Assembly (NCBI GenBank): GCA_002633005.1
Contig: NMRA01000866.1
Location: forward strand, 45,388-109,387
Direction of reading: 5' to 3'
Source: Phoronis australis
Taxonomy: Eukaryota > Animalia > Phoronida
DNA length: 64,000 nucleotides
In this document: piece by piece, positions 1 to 12,305 of the stretch
How the letters are laid out: the number at the start of each line of letters is the position of its first letter
Numbering within the stretch: the first letter of the stretch is position 1
Notes under the pieces: model-generated
Seen by the model: the letters and a program-made list of their open reading frames with translations, nothing else
The model's database searches: none
Told to the model about the DNA's origin: nothing
Program-made: the position numbers and the translations under genes

Positions 1-31
1 ATCAAGAGGCATGTCCTTCATTGGATCTGAC
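1..31 (-). CDS. Possible start of ACOT exon 7, truncated by the window edge
   Basis: TTAG acceptor at 32-35. A phase-2 join gives open M-SDPMKDMPLD. Too short to confirm. Confidence 0.35.
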
Positions 32-565
32 CTAAGGGCCTATTGTGTTGAGTAGAGAAATTAATGCATTAGCGATGGTTTCACTGCAATAGAACACAGG
101 CTAAAATAAACTGATGTATTGTGGACAACTTATATAGAGCTCTCTGGAATCTGATTGAGTTTCTCGTAAAAAGTTATCATAGGATATTTTTACCCAAAGA
201 AATGCAATACAAATTAGCCAAAAGATAAGCATTAGGTTTCAGTTCTCTGGTGCCCATTGATGAATGGTTTTAGTGTTATTGACTCTTTGAACCGTGCTCT
301 AGAGATAATTGACCTGTTTGTTGTGATGTCATACCGAAGAGCACAGCAACGATTAACAATGGACTAAAAATAAATGTGATATCTGGATTGGCCTCGATTT
401 GGAAACCAGTGCTGTCTAGAGTTGAACCAAACAGGGTTTTGTTGGATACCAAAAACAAAACCTTCATAAAATACAACACAGCGCTAAAATAAATTGAAGG
501 TCATGCTAAAATTATCAACTTCAAACTGGAATAAGTCAAGTTAGCGGTAGTGAATCTTACCGCTG

Positions 566-656
566 GAGTAATCAGTGTAATCCATTCGGCCCATGGTGTC
601 ATATTGAGTAATCAGTGTACTCCATTCGGCCCCTGGTGTCATAGTGAGTAATCAGT
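566..656. repeat. 40-bp tandem repeat, about 2.3 copies
   Basis: GAGTAATCAGT recurs at 566, 606 and 646 with near-identical intervening sequence. Confidence 0.85.
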
Positions 657-1942
657 ACTGCTAACATGCCATATTAAAGGACAAAAAGAATGGGTTCTGC
701 CCAAAAATATGAACTAAACTATGGTTTTCAAATGATGGCCATGCACCTAGTGTAGTGGCTTTAAGAGCAAATGGAAATAGAAACAGTTTTATGAATAATC
801 TGCTTCCATGTTAGCAACCTCTCCATAGGTGTGACGCTTTACACATTGTACCCAATAAACTGGTCTAAACAGAATAATTTAAAAGGTCTGCGCTCTAGAA
901 TTCTTGCAAATCTTTTCTTGAAAAAATACAAATAAATCACTCCCAAAACCATAAGTTTGTACCGCCAGCTAATGAAGTTCAACCGACTACTTTTATGAAG
1001 TATTGCTTATCTTGGGCCACGGAAGACCAGACTTAAAGGTTTTAGTTGCCTCGGCCTTTTTCTGTCAATTTGGTTTATTTTCCCTACTCTTGAGGGGCGT
1101 TTTAAATTTTCACTAAATTTGTTATGTACAGCAAAATTATAATTTAAAAACAATATTTCTCCAAACCAGAAGTCAATGTTCATGTAGCACTTCACAAGTT
1201 GCAGAATGCAAACACTGTGTGTATAGTTGGAAGACTTCTGTAGCACCAATGTTCGAGGTAACTGGTAAGTAATTATGTAGCATTATGTACCAACTGTTGT
1301 CCAGCGCAAGGCGGCAGAATTCCGTTCCCTATATTTCCAAGATGTTGTTCATGAAGTGAAAAGCTGCTTACAGTTCGATGTACTCAGCCTCTGTATACGA
1401 ATTATTCTCCAAAGACAATGTCATAGTGAATGGTAATCAATGTTGAGTACGTACCAAGTGTGACCATTGCAAACAGTACGGATCATTCCTAAAAAATTTT
1501 TCCACGGTATTAGGGTTCATCCGAAAAGTCAACATGAGTGTTGAAGGCTCACCTTATGATGAACACAATAAAACAGTATAGTTTTCCGTGGTTTGGGATC
1601 TCTTAACTTAGTTCACTAGGGAGCACAGCAGCAGTTAGTTCCATGTAAAAGCAGTCATCACTGCCATAGTAACACAACTGTTTAATTCCATGAACATTCT
1701 GAAAGGGGTAGCAGCATATGTTGGGCGCCCACACAGGAACAACAGTCAGGTATTGTACCCAGCGGGCATATTCTCCATAGTTACCACCGAACAGAAAAGC
1801 GACAGAACACATTCGGATCAGCTGACATTTAACAAGCATGTTCAATGTACCACCCTTCCAGTTTGGGTCCCAGTGAACTAACCGTGAGTAAAATAAAAAA
1901 TATTGAAAACACAACAATTTTATAGTAAAAAATTGAACTCAC

Positions 1943-2028
1943 ATGAACCTCGGAAATCTTTGATCTTTAATTGTGACAGGAAATCCTAAAAACCTGCAGT
2001 TGGGACTAATAAGAACAGCTGCCTTAAC
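1943..2028 (-). CDS. ACOT: ACOT exon 6
   Basis: TAG acceptor and GTGAGT donor. VKAAVLISPNCRFLGFPVTIKDQRFPRF, in phase with exon 5 and matching the expected V.A.V.I strand. Confidence 0.8.
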
Positions 2029-2311
2029 CTACAATGAAAGACAACAGGCATGTCTCAGTTTCATTTCATAAGTAAGCCAAGACCAGCATACAGGATAAAA
2101 TTATGTCTTTTGAAAAGAATAGAGCAAACAAAGTGAGTGGCGCATTTCGCCGACAGTTTTGTTTAAGTTGACAAATTAAAAACAGATGAAAGCGAGAAAC
2201 TGACTATGCATGTCGTTAATTCATTTAAGGCTGTGAGCTATACATTTGGCCATGGCACAGCAACATGCACTGTCTGGTAGTTTGATAATCTTCAACAAAC
2301 TACAGACTAAC

Positions 2312-2428
2312 CTTTTCTTTGTAATGTACAGCCATATTGAGCGCCAGATCTGCTCCACCCGATACGCCCACAAGACCAACGCCGGTGTCCTTGCAGAAGT
2401 TCTGAGCAAGCATCCAGTCAATAGCCTC
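2312..2428 (-). CDS. ACOT: ACOT exon 5 (catalytic Ser elbow)
   Basis: CAG acceptor and GTTAGT donor. EAIDWMLAQNFCKDTGVGLVGVSGGADLALNMAVHYKEK contains GxSxG. Confidence 0.92.
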
Positions 2429-3623
2429 CTGAAACAAGATCATCGCAAAGCATTAATATGTGCCCACAATGCACATAAACGTTGTTTCTAGGGGTGCTTA
2501 TCAGCTTCATCTAAATATACTAGGAGACAACCATGTTATCTCAAGGGCTAGCAGGAAAAATCGAAAAGGACAAAATTTTGGCAGGCCACCTTAATTTTAA
2601 ACTAAGTAACATGAAAAGAAATTGTTCAGCGAGAGTGGAGTATTGATATGTGCCCATCTGAAAAATTTCCTTGTGACCCTTCCAGCACTTTTTAATAGCA
2701 GATATAGAAGAGGACAATAAAAATAGACATAGAAATAAGGAAAAGACCACTAGGGGGCGCAGAATATGCTGAATCCATCTGAAAATGGCAACGTGTCGGT
2801 GTTCCTTTACTTGAGAAGCCTATTTGCCAATGATCATGAAAATTCTTCTTTTTTGGACTTTGAATACATTAATTCCCAATAATTCAAAAAGTTGTACAAT
2901 CTAAGTCATAATAAACACACACACACCATGCACTTACTCAATGATCGCTTACTTTTCAATGACATAGGTGAAATTTAATCACCCGTCTAGATCTAGTGGG
3001 CTGCCCTTTCTCTCTGTTTTAAAATATTCTCAAATACCATAAATTGATGGTAAAGCGACCCACTCTTTGACTCAGGTTTAGTCATTTCCGTCAGGTGTCA
3101 CGCTCATATCAATGTCATCGTCTATCATTTTATGAAATGAGCCTCTGAGAGTGGATTCGAACTTGAAACGCCTGCGGTCGCAACTTTGACACTCAAGTAT
3201 TTCAAGTGTATTTAACTTAAAAAGACAATAACATTGGTTTCACTGAATGTCTACCAAACATCACCGAGAATTGGCGATTTATGTTCTGTGCTGAAATCAG
3301 ATTAAATTACACTTCCCGTGAATTAGTTCTGTGGAGCATACGTCTAAATGTGTTACTTGAATCTTTGCAAGTCACTTTCTATAAAACAGGCTCCAGAGTA
3401 AGCCGAAAAATTAACTTTTAATTTCACCTCAGGCATACACCTTTTAACCTACGAAAGTAAGCAACTGAACATTGAAGCTGTTTCCTGTCCTGTCACATTA
3501 ATTCCACAAAATGATCTGTGCAAACAAATGGTTAAGGAGGAATGTTAGCGTAGCGAAACCTAGTTAGTCATTCTCTTTAATTAACAAGGTGAGTTCAGTA
3601 AAGATTTTCAATTACTCTTTTAC

Positions 3624-3796
3624 TTCAAAATATTCCAGAGCCACATTATTCCACGTCTTTGGTAAGTCTTCGAACAGGAAAAATGCCAGAGCCAATACCG
3701 CGAATTTGCCCCGAGAAGCCAACAGAGCGGCGCGGTGTTCAGGGAGTCCGCCCCCTGATCCAAACATGTCTATTACACAAGGGAATTTACCGTCAC
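3624..3796 (-). CDS. ACOT: ACOT exon 4
   Basis: TAG acceptor and GTAAAA donor. [58 protein letters not shown] (absent from the ORF track). Confidence 0.92.
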
Positions 3797-3838
3797 CTAC
3801 AAAAGAAGAATTCCAGGATGGAAAAGTCGTTAATAACT

Positions 3839-3948
3839 GTTAATATGTCAAATGGTGTTAATAGGTCAAATTGTGTTAATAGGTCAAATTGTGTTAATAG
3901 GTCAAATTGTGTTAATAGGTCAAATTGTGTTAATAGGTCAAATTGTGT
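3839..3948. repeat. 18-bp minisatellite (GTTAATAGGTCAAATTGT) x6
   Basis: Units start at 3839 (degenerate), 3857, 3875, 3893, 3911 and 3929. Confidence 0.95.
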
Positions 3949-5016
3949 CCAGTAGCATTTAAGGCCTGGGCCACCTTCATTGCCAAGAATTGATTAGAAT
4001 TTCTAAAAAATGATTGAAGTGTTAAGTGTAGAGCCGTAAAACTATATATTTTTAAAATCCTTGAGGATCAAAGAATCTTCTCAGTGTAGCTGAAATGCAA
4101 TGACCAGATATTTGTAATCATGTAGTTGCATCTGGAATTTTGTTTTAAGGTAATTTAGCCAGACTCACCTGATTTTTCCAAACAATGACATCTTGATTTT
4201 TGACAGCAGAGTTCTTGGGCTAAAAAGCCATAAAAGAAAATCCCAGAGACTGTTATGCACTAGCTAATTTGTTAATTTGCTAAGTTTCATCTAAAATAAA
4301 ACTTTTTTATGGAAACTACAGCTATCCCTAAGAAAAGTAAAGATTTGTCATCTCAGCGTTGTTTTCGTGTACAATATGAGATTCTGTGATGACCGAAGAT
4401 TTAAAAATATGCAGTTTTATGGGTGTGCAGTTAATACTTAAATAGTTGATCTTAAAATTCAACCTGTCAAAATTAAGATAGCCCAAAAGATACTTTTCCG
4501 TTGTTTTAACAAGTTAAAAACACAAGCATTGACCCCGCCAGGTCGACTGGATAAGGCACCCGATTGGTTCTCCATGACCACCTCCTGCTTATAAACCAAT
4601 CATATGTCTTAGCTGGATGATCCGGGCAATGAGTTTTCACCGATCGAAAGTTAGGACTAAAACAAGAATATTGGAAAATAACAACATGGTAAATATTTGA
4701 GTTTTTGCTACCAACTTTTTAACTTTGAAAAATATGGGTGACATTCAATCACATGCAGTTATTTTAAGGTGCATCATGAGAAATTCACAAGGAAATGTTT
4801 ATTAATTTAATAAATTCTTTTGTCTTGGAAACATTGATGTAGTGTTGAATGAGCATTAGGTGACCTAACTGGTTTTTGTTAAAAATATTTTATGAAACCT
4901 TGAACAAATAAGTGAAGTCGTATCAAAAGGCGATCATCAAAGGGCTATCCCTTGAGAAATGTACTTAATATGCAACCAATGGTGACGGAGATTACTTTCT
5001 ACAACAAAACCATTAC

Positions 5017-5295
5017 CTTTAGGCAAGAACAGCCGCCCTCGTATATTTCCAGCTCTAACAGGTATTCTGTCAACTGCACTGGGTTTCAGGTACCACCTCT
5101 GAATTTGGCACTCAGCTAAACTTTTCAGTGACTGAGACTCGTAGTTTGAACACAGCACATCCCAGTCTTGCCAACCATCGTATGTGTTGATGTTTAAATA
5201 GAATGGAGTTGTGACGTCTTTTTTAAGCAACCGTGTGCCAGGTCGCTGATTGGGCTCGAGTCTCAAACTCCATAACAAACCGACGCCGTCAATAC
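5017..5295 (-). CDS. ACOT: ACOT exon 3
   Basis: CAG acceptor and GTAATG donor, phases consistent. GIDGVGLLWSL...RLLKKDVTTP...QRWYL...RIPVRAGNIRGRLFLPKG. Confidence 0.92.
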
Positions 5296-6666
5296 CTGCC
5301 AATAACAAAACAAGTGATCTTGAGTCACTGTCCAACATTTCAAAAAATGCCATCCACCTGTCACCCACCAAGTCTATTCAAAACTGTTTTATGGCATTAT
5401 TCATACATTAGCATAGGCAATGCAAAGCATTTAAATGCGCCCACAAGTGCTCAATACAGAGTATGCTTCAGGGGGTGTTTATTAGGTTCATGTATACAAT
5501 TTGACTACTTTAGCCACTATTCATCAACATATTTTGATAAAAAGTGACAGCTACAGAATTACAGGCAATAGGGGTACTAGCTAAGAATAATCGAATAGGC
5601 TTGAAAAGCACCAGGTGCCAGCACATTTTTGCCACATGCCTCTCCATCAGTAACTACAATAATCGAATATCCCCAAAAAGCACCAGGTGCCGACACATTT
5701 TGCCACATATCTCTTCATCAAGTTTCGGCAAAATTGGTTACATGTTTTTTTCAAAAACTGATGAACAAAGAATTAGTTGTCGAAAACTAAAATGGCCAAC
5801 ACGGAATGTCATGGTAATCAAATCCGTCAGAAAACTGACTGGTTCCCGAACATCCCCGGATCGCCATAAAACACCGAACGTAATTTAACCAAACCTACCA
5901 AGCGATTTTTAGAAAATCAATGGATAAGCAACGGTAAAAAGATACGGACAATGGGCAGAACACTGACAAGATGCAACCATATTTTTGTAGGTACATCAAA
6001 AGAATTGTGCATACTAACAGTCAAAGTTTGGCTACCGTAACTTTGTTACTTCAAAACGCGTAATTCAAAAACTGCAGTTGAAAGAAAATCTTAAACACCT
6101 TTTAGATTTGCAATCAACTTGTTCCTTAGTTAAATAAGAGATGATTTTAGGTGCTGGAAATATTGCATACTAATTGTGCAGTATTGCTTGGTTTTGCTAC
6201 TACAGAGTTATTGCAGGCATCCAAACTGGTCTCAATCAATAACGAAGTGTTAACCATTTCCAAGTCCAGTAACAATACCTCATCTAAGTAATGCGAAAAG
6301 TCAGGATCTGACAGCGGTGCGTTCTTTGCAAAAAGCAAGATCCCTCAAAATCACATAGGTGAGACGAGTTTTCAAGAGTACGCTAAGGTGTTCACTAGCA
6401 TACCTTAGCAACGGGGCGGCCACTAAAGTGATTGGTCTGTGAGGTTGGGATGTTGAATTATGGGATAGAATTCACCGTTTCCGTTCCATTACAGGTGATT
6501 TCTCGCCACATATGCAGCGCTACTTTCTTGAGCCTACGAAATGCACTCGCATCTCAATCAAATCAAAGTAAAATTCCATGTACTTCGACAGTACCCGAGT
6601 TTATAGCCGCATTTTAAAGTTCCCGTCGTCCGGGCAATAACTTCCATGTTTATAGTAGACACATAC

Positions 6667-6829
6667 CCGTGTATGTTCCTCCTTCGCTGGGTGCCTCTGA
6701 AACATCGAGTTCACCAGACGAGTTGGCAATAAAGTAACCAAAAGAGCTGTATCGTTTCTCACCCTCAACCATAGTAGCGTGTAATGTGAATTTCTGCTTG
6801 GGTGACAGTTTGGACACTTTGATTTTTAC
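6667..6829 (-). CDS. ACOT: ACOT exon 2 (N-terminal thioester hydrolase domain)
   Basis: TAG acceptor and GTATGT donor. VKIKVSKLSPKQKFTLHATMVEGEKRYSSFGYFIANSSGELDVSEAPSEGGTYTG is typical of the ACOT N-domain. Confidence 0.9.
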
Positions 6830-7738
6830 CTATGTGGAATAAATTACATAATATTGAAGACATCAACTTCTCAATTTGCACTTTGTTTTCGACCATGCAG
6901 TCTAATTATACACATAGGCGGACATTAGATTCATACTCCATTACTTAGATTACGTGTGAGCTTGATTGATGTAAAATGTCACCTAAGTAAGTATCAACAG
7001 TCAACCAATAAAAGTATTTTCTTAACTTTGGAGTCGGGAATTTATTCACCTCATTCCCACACTGTGCCATTCTCGTAACTAACGTGACAATGCGTATTTG
7101 GTAAAACGTCCTTTATTTTCCTGCAATAACCAAAAACTGTGTCTGGGATTTTCCATAACATGAGCCAATTATGTTTAGTGTGAAAGCCAAACTTTAGGGC
7201 TCGGCAATTTTCTAAATTATATGAATCTTGACCTTTGAACAATGAAAGCTCCAATGAAATTTGAGACGATGGGAGATTGTTCTGTACGAAACTTCAAACA
7301 CGGTAAAAATAAATGTAATCTTTCTCCAAACATCACATTCCAAAGTTTGAAGTCATAAAAGCAATCGCTGAAGAATGCAACTTTGTGTCAACACTCAGGA
7401 CACTCTCCCTTTTCTCATCGATTTATGTTTGAAATTACACTAGACGATCATGACAGCTACCGCAATAATCAAGTTTTCTTCTCTTTCATTTAATTTTTCA
7501 AAAACAGCGTAAAATTTATCAAAGTGATACAAAGTCATTGCCTCATTTTGCACTAAAATTTAAAGTGCGTTGTCAAAAGCCCCCTGTAGGTGGAGTTAAC
7601 ACTTGAGGTTGACACATGGTCCACCACATAACTTTTGATCGAAGTACTCACAATTATGAAATTGCCATCAAATTGTTCCTTAATGAAACTAGATTTGATT
7701 TCTGAGCTTAGAAGGAATTGACAATTCGTTATTTGAAG

Positions 7739-7892
7739 ACCAAGCTCTGGAAGATGGCCAGTCACAGCATGTGATTTTTAAATGCGCCATGTCATGGTGT
7801 CAAAAAATAATGATTTACCAAGCTCTGAAAGATGGCCTTGCAGTCACAGCATGTGATTTTTAAATGCGCCATGTCATGGTCTCAAAAAATAA
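7739..7892. repeat. About 80-bp tandem duplication
   Basis: ACCAAGCTCTG..AGATGGCC..CAGTCACAGCATGTGATTTTTAAATGCGCCATGTCATGGT.TCAAAAAATAA occurs twice. Confidence 0.85.
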
Positions 7893-8336
7893 AGATTGAT
7901 TATATTTTTGCAAGCTCAGAAATCTCCTGCAGTGTCATTTGAGTAAGAAACAAGTTGAGTCTAACTTAACAGCATGGTCCAACTTTTTGTGCATGGCCGG
8001 GTAAAGTCTTTGTGATGTGTCTCTTCCTCATGCTAACTTTTTGTCTAGTATCCTGCTTCCATGGAGGCTGGGTGTTAGGCAACTCGTAGGCTCTCAGCTG
8101 CAGGTGAGGCAGAGGATGCAACACTCCTCAACTTTTTGGTCACCATTAACTTTTTCACCACGTCGCACTGACGTCACGTGACTCAGGCCACAATAAAAGA
8201 CTGATTAGGTACACCCTGAAGACCTGGTAGAGTGACCACAATCTTTACTGGCCAGAATTGAGTCACGGTGGTCCCTGTATAGACACCTGAAGGCTGACAC
8301 TTGCTTCAGTGAACCACGTTCAGTGTCTGACTAAAG

Positions 8337-8496
8337 CATAGGTGGATTCAGAAGAGGTTAAGGGGGTCATGACCATCTTTTCCCCTTGATTTTGATGATA
8401 TCACATCTAGAATTTTTCAAATTGCTGACTTGGACTCCCTTTTTAAAAAATCCTTGATCTGACCCCAACTTTTTAAAAATCCTGGATCAGCCCCAG
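8337..8496. mobile_element. Short MITE with 5-bp TSD (CAG.GGCGGAT...ATCCGCCCCTG family, hAT5-like)
   Basis: Degenerate TIRs CATAGGTGGATTC / GGATCAGCCCCAG. Flanks TAAAG/TAAAT. Confidence 0.55.
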
Positions 8497-8790
8497 TAAA
8501 TAGTCTCCAGAGTCATGATAATGATAGTGATTACAACTCTCTCCGCATAAATTCATGCTTCAGTCGATGATATCTGCTGTATTTTGAAATGAGAAACTTT
8601 TTATGAGGGTACGTCATCGCCTACGCAATTACATCGCCCTGGATGCTGCATGCATACAGGGACCCCTTACTGGCCAACCGAGAGGCTACGTGTTGCCTAG
8701 TCATTGCCTAGTGTAGACAGCTTACGGCTGGCTAGATGCGAGACAGCGCTACCGGCGTGGACGTTGGTCATGGATTTGCAGACAACTCAC

Positions 8791-8925
8791 CGGTTTATCA
8801 ATAAGATCAACTTCAGGATGAACTACAAGCTGTACATATCTGACACGCTGACCAAATTGTTTCTGGGAACAAACGCATCGACTTAGTAATCGCCAGCAGT
8901 ATCCTCGCATCCTCAACATGTTCAT
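8791..8925 (-). CDS. ACOT: Acyl-CoA thioesterase (type I ACOT/BAAT family), exon 1, with Arg-rich presequence
   Basis: ATG at 8925. Encodes MNMLRMRGYCWRLLSRCVCSQKQFGQRVRYVQLVVHPEVDLIDKP, then a GTGAGT donor (phase 0). Joins in frame to exon 2. VVHP..LIDKP matches the ACOT N-terminal 'P...L.DEP' motif. Confidence 0.8.
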
Positions 8926-9856
8926 GGTTCGGCAGCGATTGCACTGGCACCAAGGACTGTAGGCCTACTACACTCCTTGCTCGCAGTACTTCTACGTGTT
9001 GACTTGACTCGGGTCCTGTCACTTGTCTAGCCCTATGCTATGGCTATGGCTACTAGTACTAGGCCTCGTTTTTTTCGACAATGGCAGAGCAGCCAAAGTA
9101 TAGACTATGGTCAAAACACATAATATACCACGACAGCTGAAATCTCAAGCCACTTTAAAACACTGGTCTAGTGGTCCGAGCATACACATCTTAAAAGAGA
9201 ACGCCACCCGATTTAATTAGTCTTTTTTACCGTTTTAATCGGTCTATATCCTATACGGTCGACCTCCCCTTGCCGAGAGGTGTCGCGTTAACCTCCTGTG
9301 AGGAAGGTGAGAAACGACGCAGCGACGTCAGTGGTTCGTCTGCAGAGTTATGCCGCTATTGGGGTGCATTGTTCCCGCTTATCCGAACTATGAAGCTACG
9401 ACAGATCTGCCAAGGGGGTATAACAACTTTGCTGGAGGTTGGTTGAAATTTTGCTTGAGATTGGACAAATTTGCTCGAGATTTGCTTGAGGTTCCTGGCG
9501 GTATCTTCACTAACTATCAAACTTTATAAATCCTAAAATATAAGACTATATATAAAAAACATTTTATTTCATGAAAACGATATTATATCGTCTTTATAAT
9601 AAAGAACACCCATAATAATGTCAATACAATTGAGTAGGTCTTCGGCTAGTAATTACAAGACCGACATCACTCAATTTTTATGAACTTTAGTAATTCCAAG
9701 TTGCTTTCTTAGCATTGTTTCAACTTATGCGTTGGTTTGCTTGGTCGGAACTCATGGCAAGGTACTTTAAAGAACTGATTTACTTTACATAAGCGTAGAA
9801 AACTAGGTTTTTGAATGTTTACAACTAAAAAATTCAGTTTGCGTGAGATAGCTTAA

Positions 9857-10918
9857 AAGGGGACTGTAGTCAAAATAATGTTGCAGTTAATCGGTTCTAA
9901 CATACAAATAAAACTCACATTTGCCCGACTTGCGTGCCAAACTAAAGCCAATTCGTATTCATGGTCAAAACACTGAATTCTGAAAGCGATCGCTGATTGG
10001 CTGATGTGTCAGTGACGTGAACGGCGGGGTATCGGCTGCTGTGCACATTCATTGCTTATGTCATATTTGAAGAGTTTACATCGTAATTTATCATTGTATC
10101 AATCGTCCTTATTTTTTNNNNNNNNNNNNNNNNNNNNNNNNNNNNNNNNNNNNNNNNNNNNNNNNNNNNNNNNNNNNNNNNNNNNNNNNNNNNNNNNNNN
10201 NNNNNNNNNNNNNNNNNNNNNNNNNNNNNNNNNNNNNNNNNNNNNNNNNNNNNNNNNNNNNNNNNNNNNNNNNNNNNNNNNNNNNNNNNNNNNNNNNNNN
10301 NNNNNNNNNNNNNNNNNNNNNNNNNNNNNNNNNNNNNNNNNNNNNNNNNNNNNNNNNNNNNNNNNNNNNNNNNNNNNNNNNNNNNNNNNNNNNNNNNNNN
10401 NNNNNNNNNNNNNNNNNNNNNNNNNNNNNNNNNNNNNNNNNNNNNNNNNNNNNNNNNNNNNNNNNNNNNNNNNNNNNNNNNNNNNNNNNNNNNNNNNNNN
10501 NNNNNNNNNNNNNNNNNNNNNNNNNNNNNNNNNNNNNNNNNNNNNNNNNNNNNNNNNNNNNNNNNNNNNNNNNNNNNNNNNNNNNNNNNNNNNNNNNNNN
10601 NNNNNNNNNNNNNNNNNNNNNNNNGTATCACTTTGTGTTGCCTTGGCTCAAACAGGTATCCCTTGTGACCCGAAATTTCACACTAAAATTTCTTATTCCG
10701 ACAATATAAAAAACGCTACTTGATTGCACGCTAACACAGGACAGTGACTTTGCCCCCGCCAAATACGTCACGAGACTAAGCAGCGCTCCAAGCCGGTAAT
10801 TTTTTGAGCTTCGTTAGAGAACATAAGTTTCATTTTTGGTGTTGAATTATTTGTGAAATTAATCAACAATTCATAGAAAACTATCCAGAATTTATTCAGA
10901 ATAAAATACAGTTCCCTT
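9857..10918 (+). mobile_element. TTAA-flanked MITE, family B copy 1 (contains assembly gap)
   Basis: TTAA|AAGGGGACTGTA ... TACAGTTCCCTT|TTAA. Homologous to 37157-38651. Confidence 0.85.
10118..10624. other. Assembly gap (N run)
   Basis: Run of N. Confidence 1.
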
Positions 10919-12147
10919 TTAAGGCTCGCGTGAGTGCGTGAGGCAGTCGTGGCCGGCCAATGCGTGAGACGGCAGGAAGTTTGAGTTGGGAGCCGGGGGG
11001 GGGGAGGCCAGGGCACGGGAATAACCAGAATTTCAACGGATGCGCGCGCCCAGCCTAAAATGTGAGGACGCAAAGGCCTCGAATGTTTGGGTTTGCGGAA
11101 CTGTTGACTAAAGAAAAAAAAAAACGTAAAACGGGGTTTGTTCAGGGCCTATGCGTTTATTTACCCCCGACGAGCCGCTGCTTGCGCGCACCCGAACTCC
11201 CAAATGGTACAAATGGTATCTGGTAGAATTTTAGGGCAGGCCATTGACCCCTTGGCCCCCCTCTAAATCCGCCACTGGACTAGCTCACGCGAGATGCGTG
11301 AGACTTGGCAGGTTGGCTACCGACGAAGAAAGCGGGTATATCATTTTTTCGACTTCCTCGAGAGCCCAAAATGCTTAGGAAGTGGCTCGCGGTAGTGAAG
11401 AATGAAAGGTACGCTGTTAATAGTAAGTATGAGGTCGTCAAACATCTCCGTGTCTGTCTCAGGCCGGCATTTCGTCGACAGTGTCTCTGAAGAATTTCGG
11501 CTTACCAAAGAACTAACCATACATGTACGTTCCGTTGTCTGTGCATGTTGACGGCGCCTCTCTAGTATTTCTTGATCAGTGTATTCCCGTTCGAACTGAT
11601 AGCCTGTGAAACCTAACGATCCGACCCGTGAAGTCTTCGTCGGATGAGCTCTTGGCTTGACTACTAAGTCGGGATAGTGACGCCGGGCGAGTTGCCATGT
11701 ATTCTGCGTTCTGTTTCAAAATGAATTATTCTCCGAACTAATGCTTATATAAAACTGAAACAAAGCCTGTCTCATTTGATACAATTTGTAATGCCTTTAC
11801 AGTATTCGTGAGGACAAATGTTGAGAAGCCAGCAATAAATAACCACTGCGTTTCTTGGCTTTTGATGCCGGCAATGAATAAAGGTAATTCAGTGACCGGG
11901 CACCGAGGGCGTGTGAGCGCATGCTAATTCAGTGTTTGCTGACAGTATGGTCACATGTTAGGGGAATCTTTATTTAGAAATACAAATACATTATTCAAAT
12001 AATTGTTAATGTACAACCTTTGCCCTGACGGTCAGTGGAAGGCAGGGGAACCCGACTTCGCGGCCCCCGACAAGTAAGTAGATTTTCAGTTTCGTAGCTA
12101 ATTCACGTAAATAATTGCGTGCACATTATTTCTTTGGCTCACTATTA

Positions 12148-12305
12148 TCGGTGTTGTAGTGGAGCGTAGGTGCACGTAAGCGCAACCAACCACCTTTTGG
12201 CATTTGAACGTAGCGCCTACGCACCGTAAGTTACGTTATGTGCTCAAGGTGATACGGTGGGCTTTCGGCGCCTACTTACCTCTACTTTTACCACTACAGC
12301 ACTGA
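12148..12305. mobile_element. 158-bp MITE nested in family A copy 1
   Basis: TIRs TCGGTGTTGTAGTGG / CCACTACAGCACTGA. 5-bp TSD TATTA. Absent at the homologous site in copies 2 and 3. Confidence 0.8.

Larger units (their letters stand above)
9402..11315. mobile_element. TIR element (P/hAT-like) inserted in the family A THAP ORF
   Basis: Ends CAGATCTGCCAAG / CTTGGCAGGTTG. Imperfect TSD GCTACGA / GCTACCGA. Absent from the other two family A copies. GCGTGAG subterminal motifs. Confidence 0.7.

Noticed and set aside
1603-1917. Further ACOT exon (ORFs 1603-1917 minus and 1690-1881 plus)
   Set aside because: The minus-strand frame lacks ACOT motifs. The vaguely similar 'VLYPAG' is on the wrong strand.
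3839-3948. CRISPR array, or the coding repeat NRSNCV in ORF 3659-3955
   Set aside because: Head-to-tail units have no spacers and the context is eukaryotic. The ORF is antisense to a real ACOT exon and intron.
10052-10723. Long ORFs spanning N runs (also 24361-24642 and 39064-39405)
   Set aside because: Artefacts of translating through gaps.
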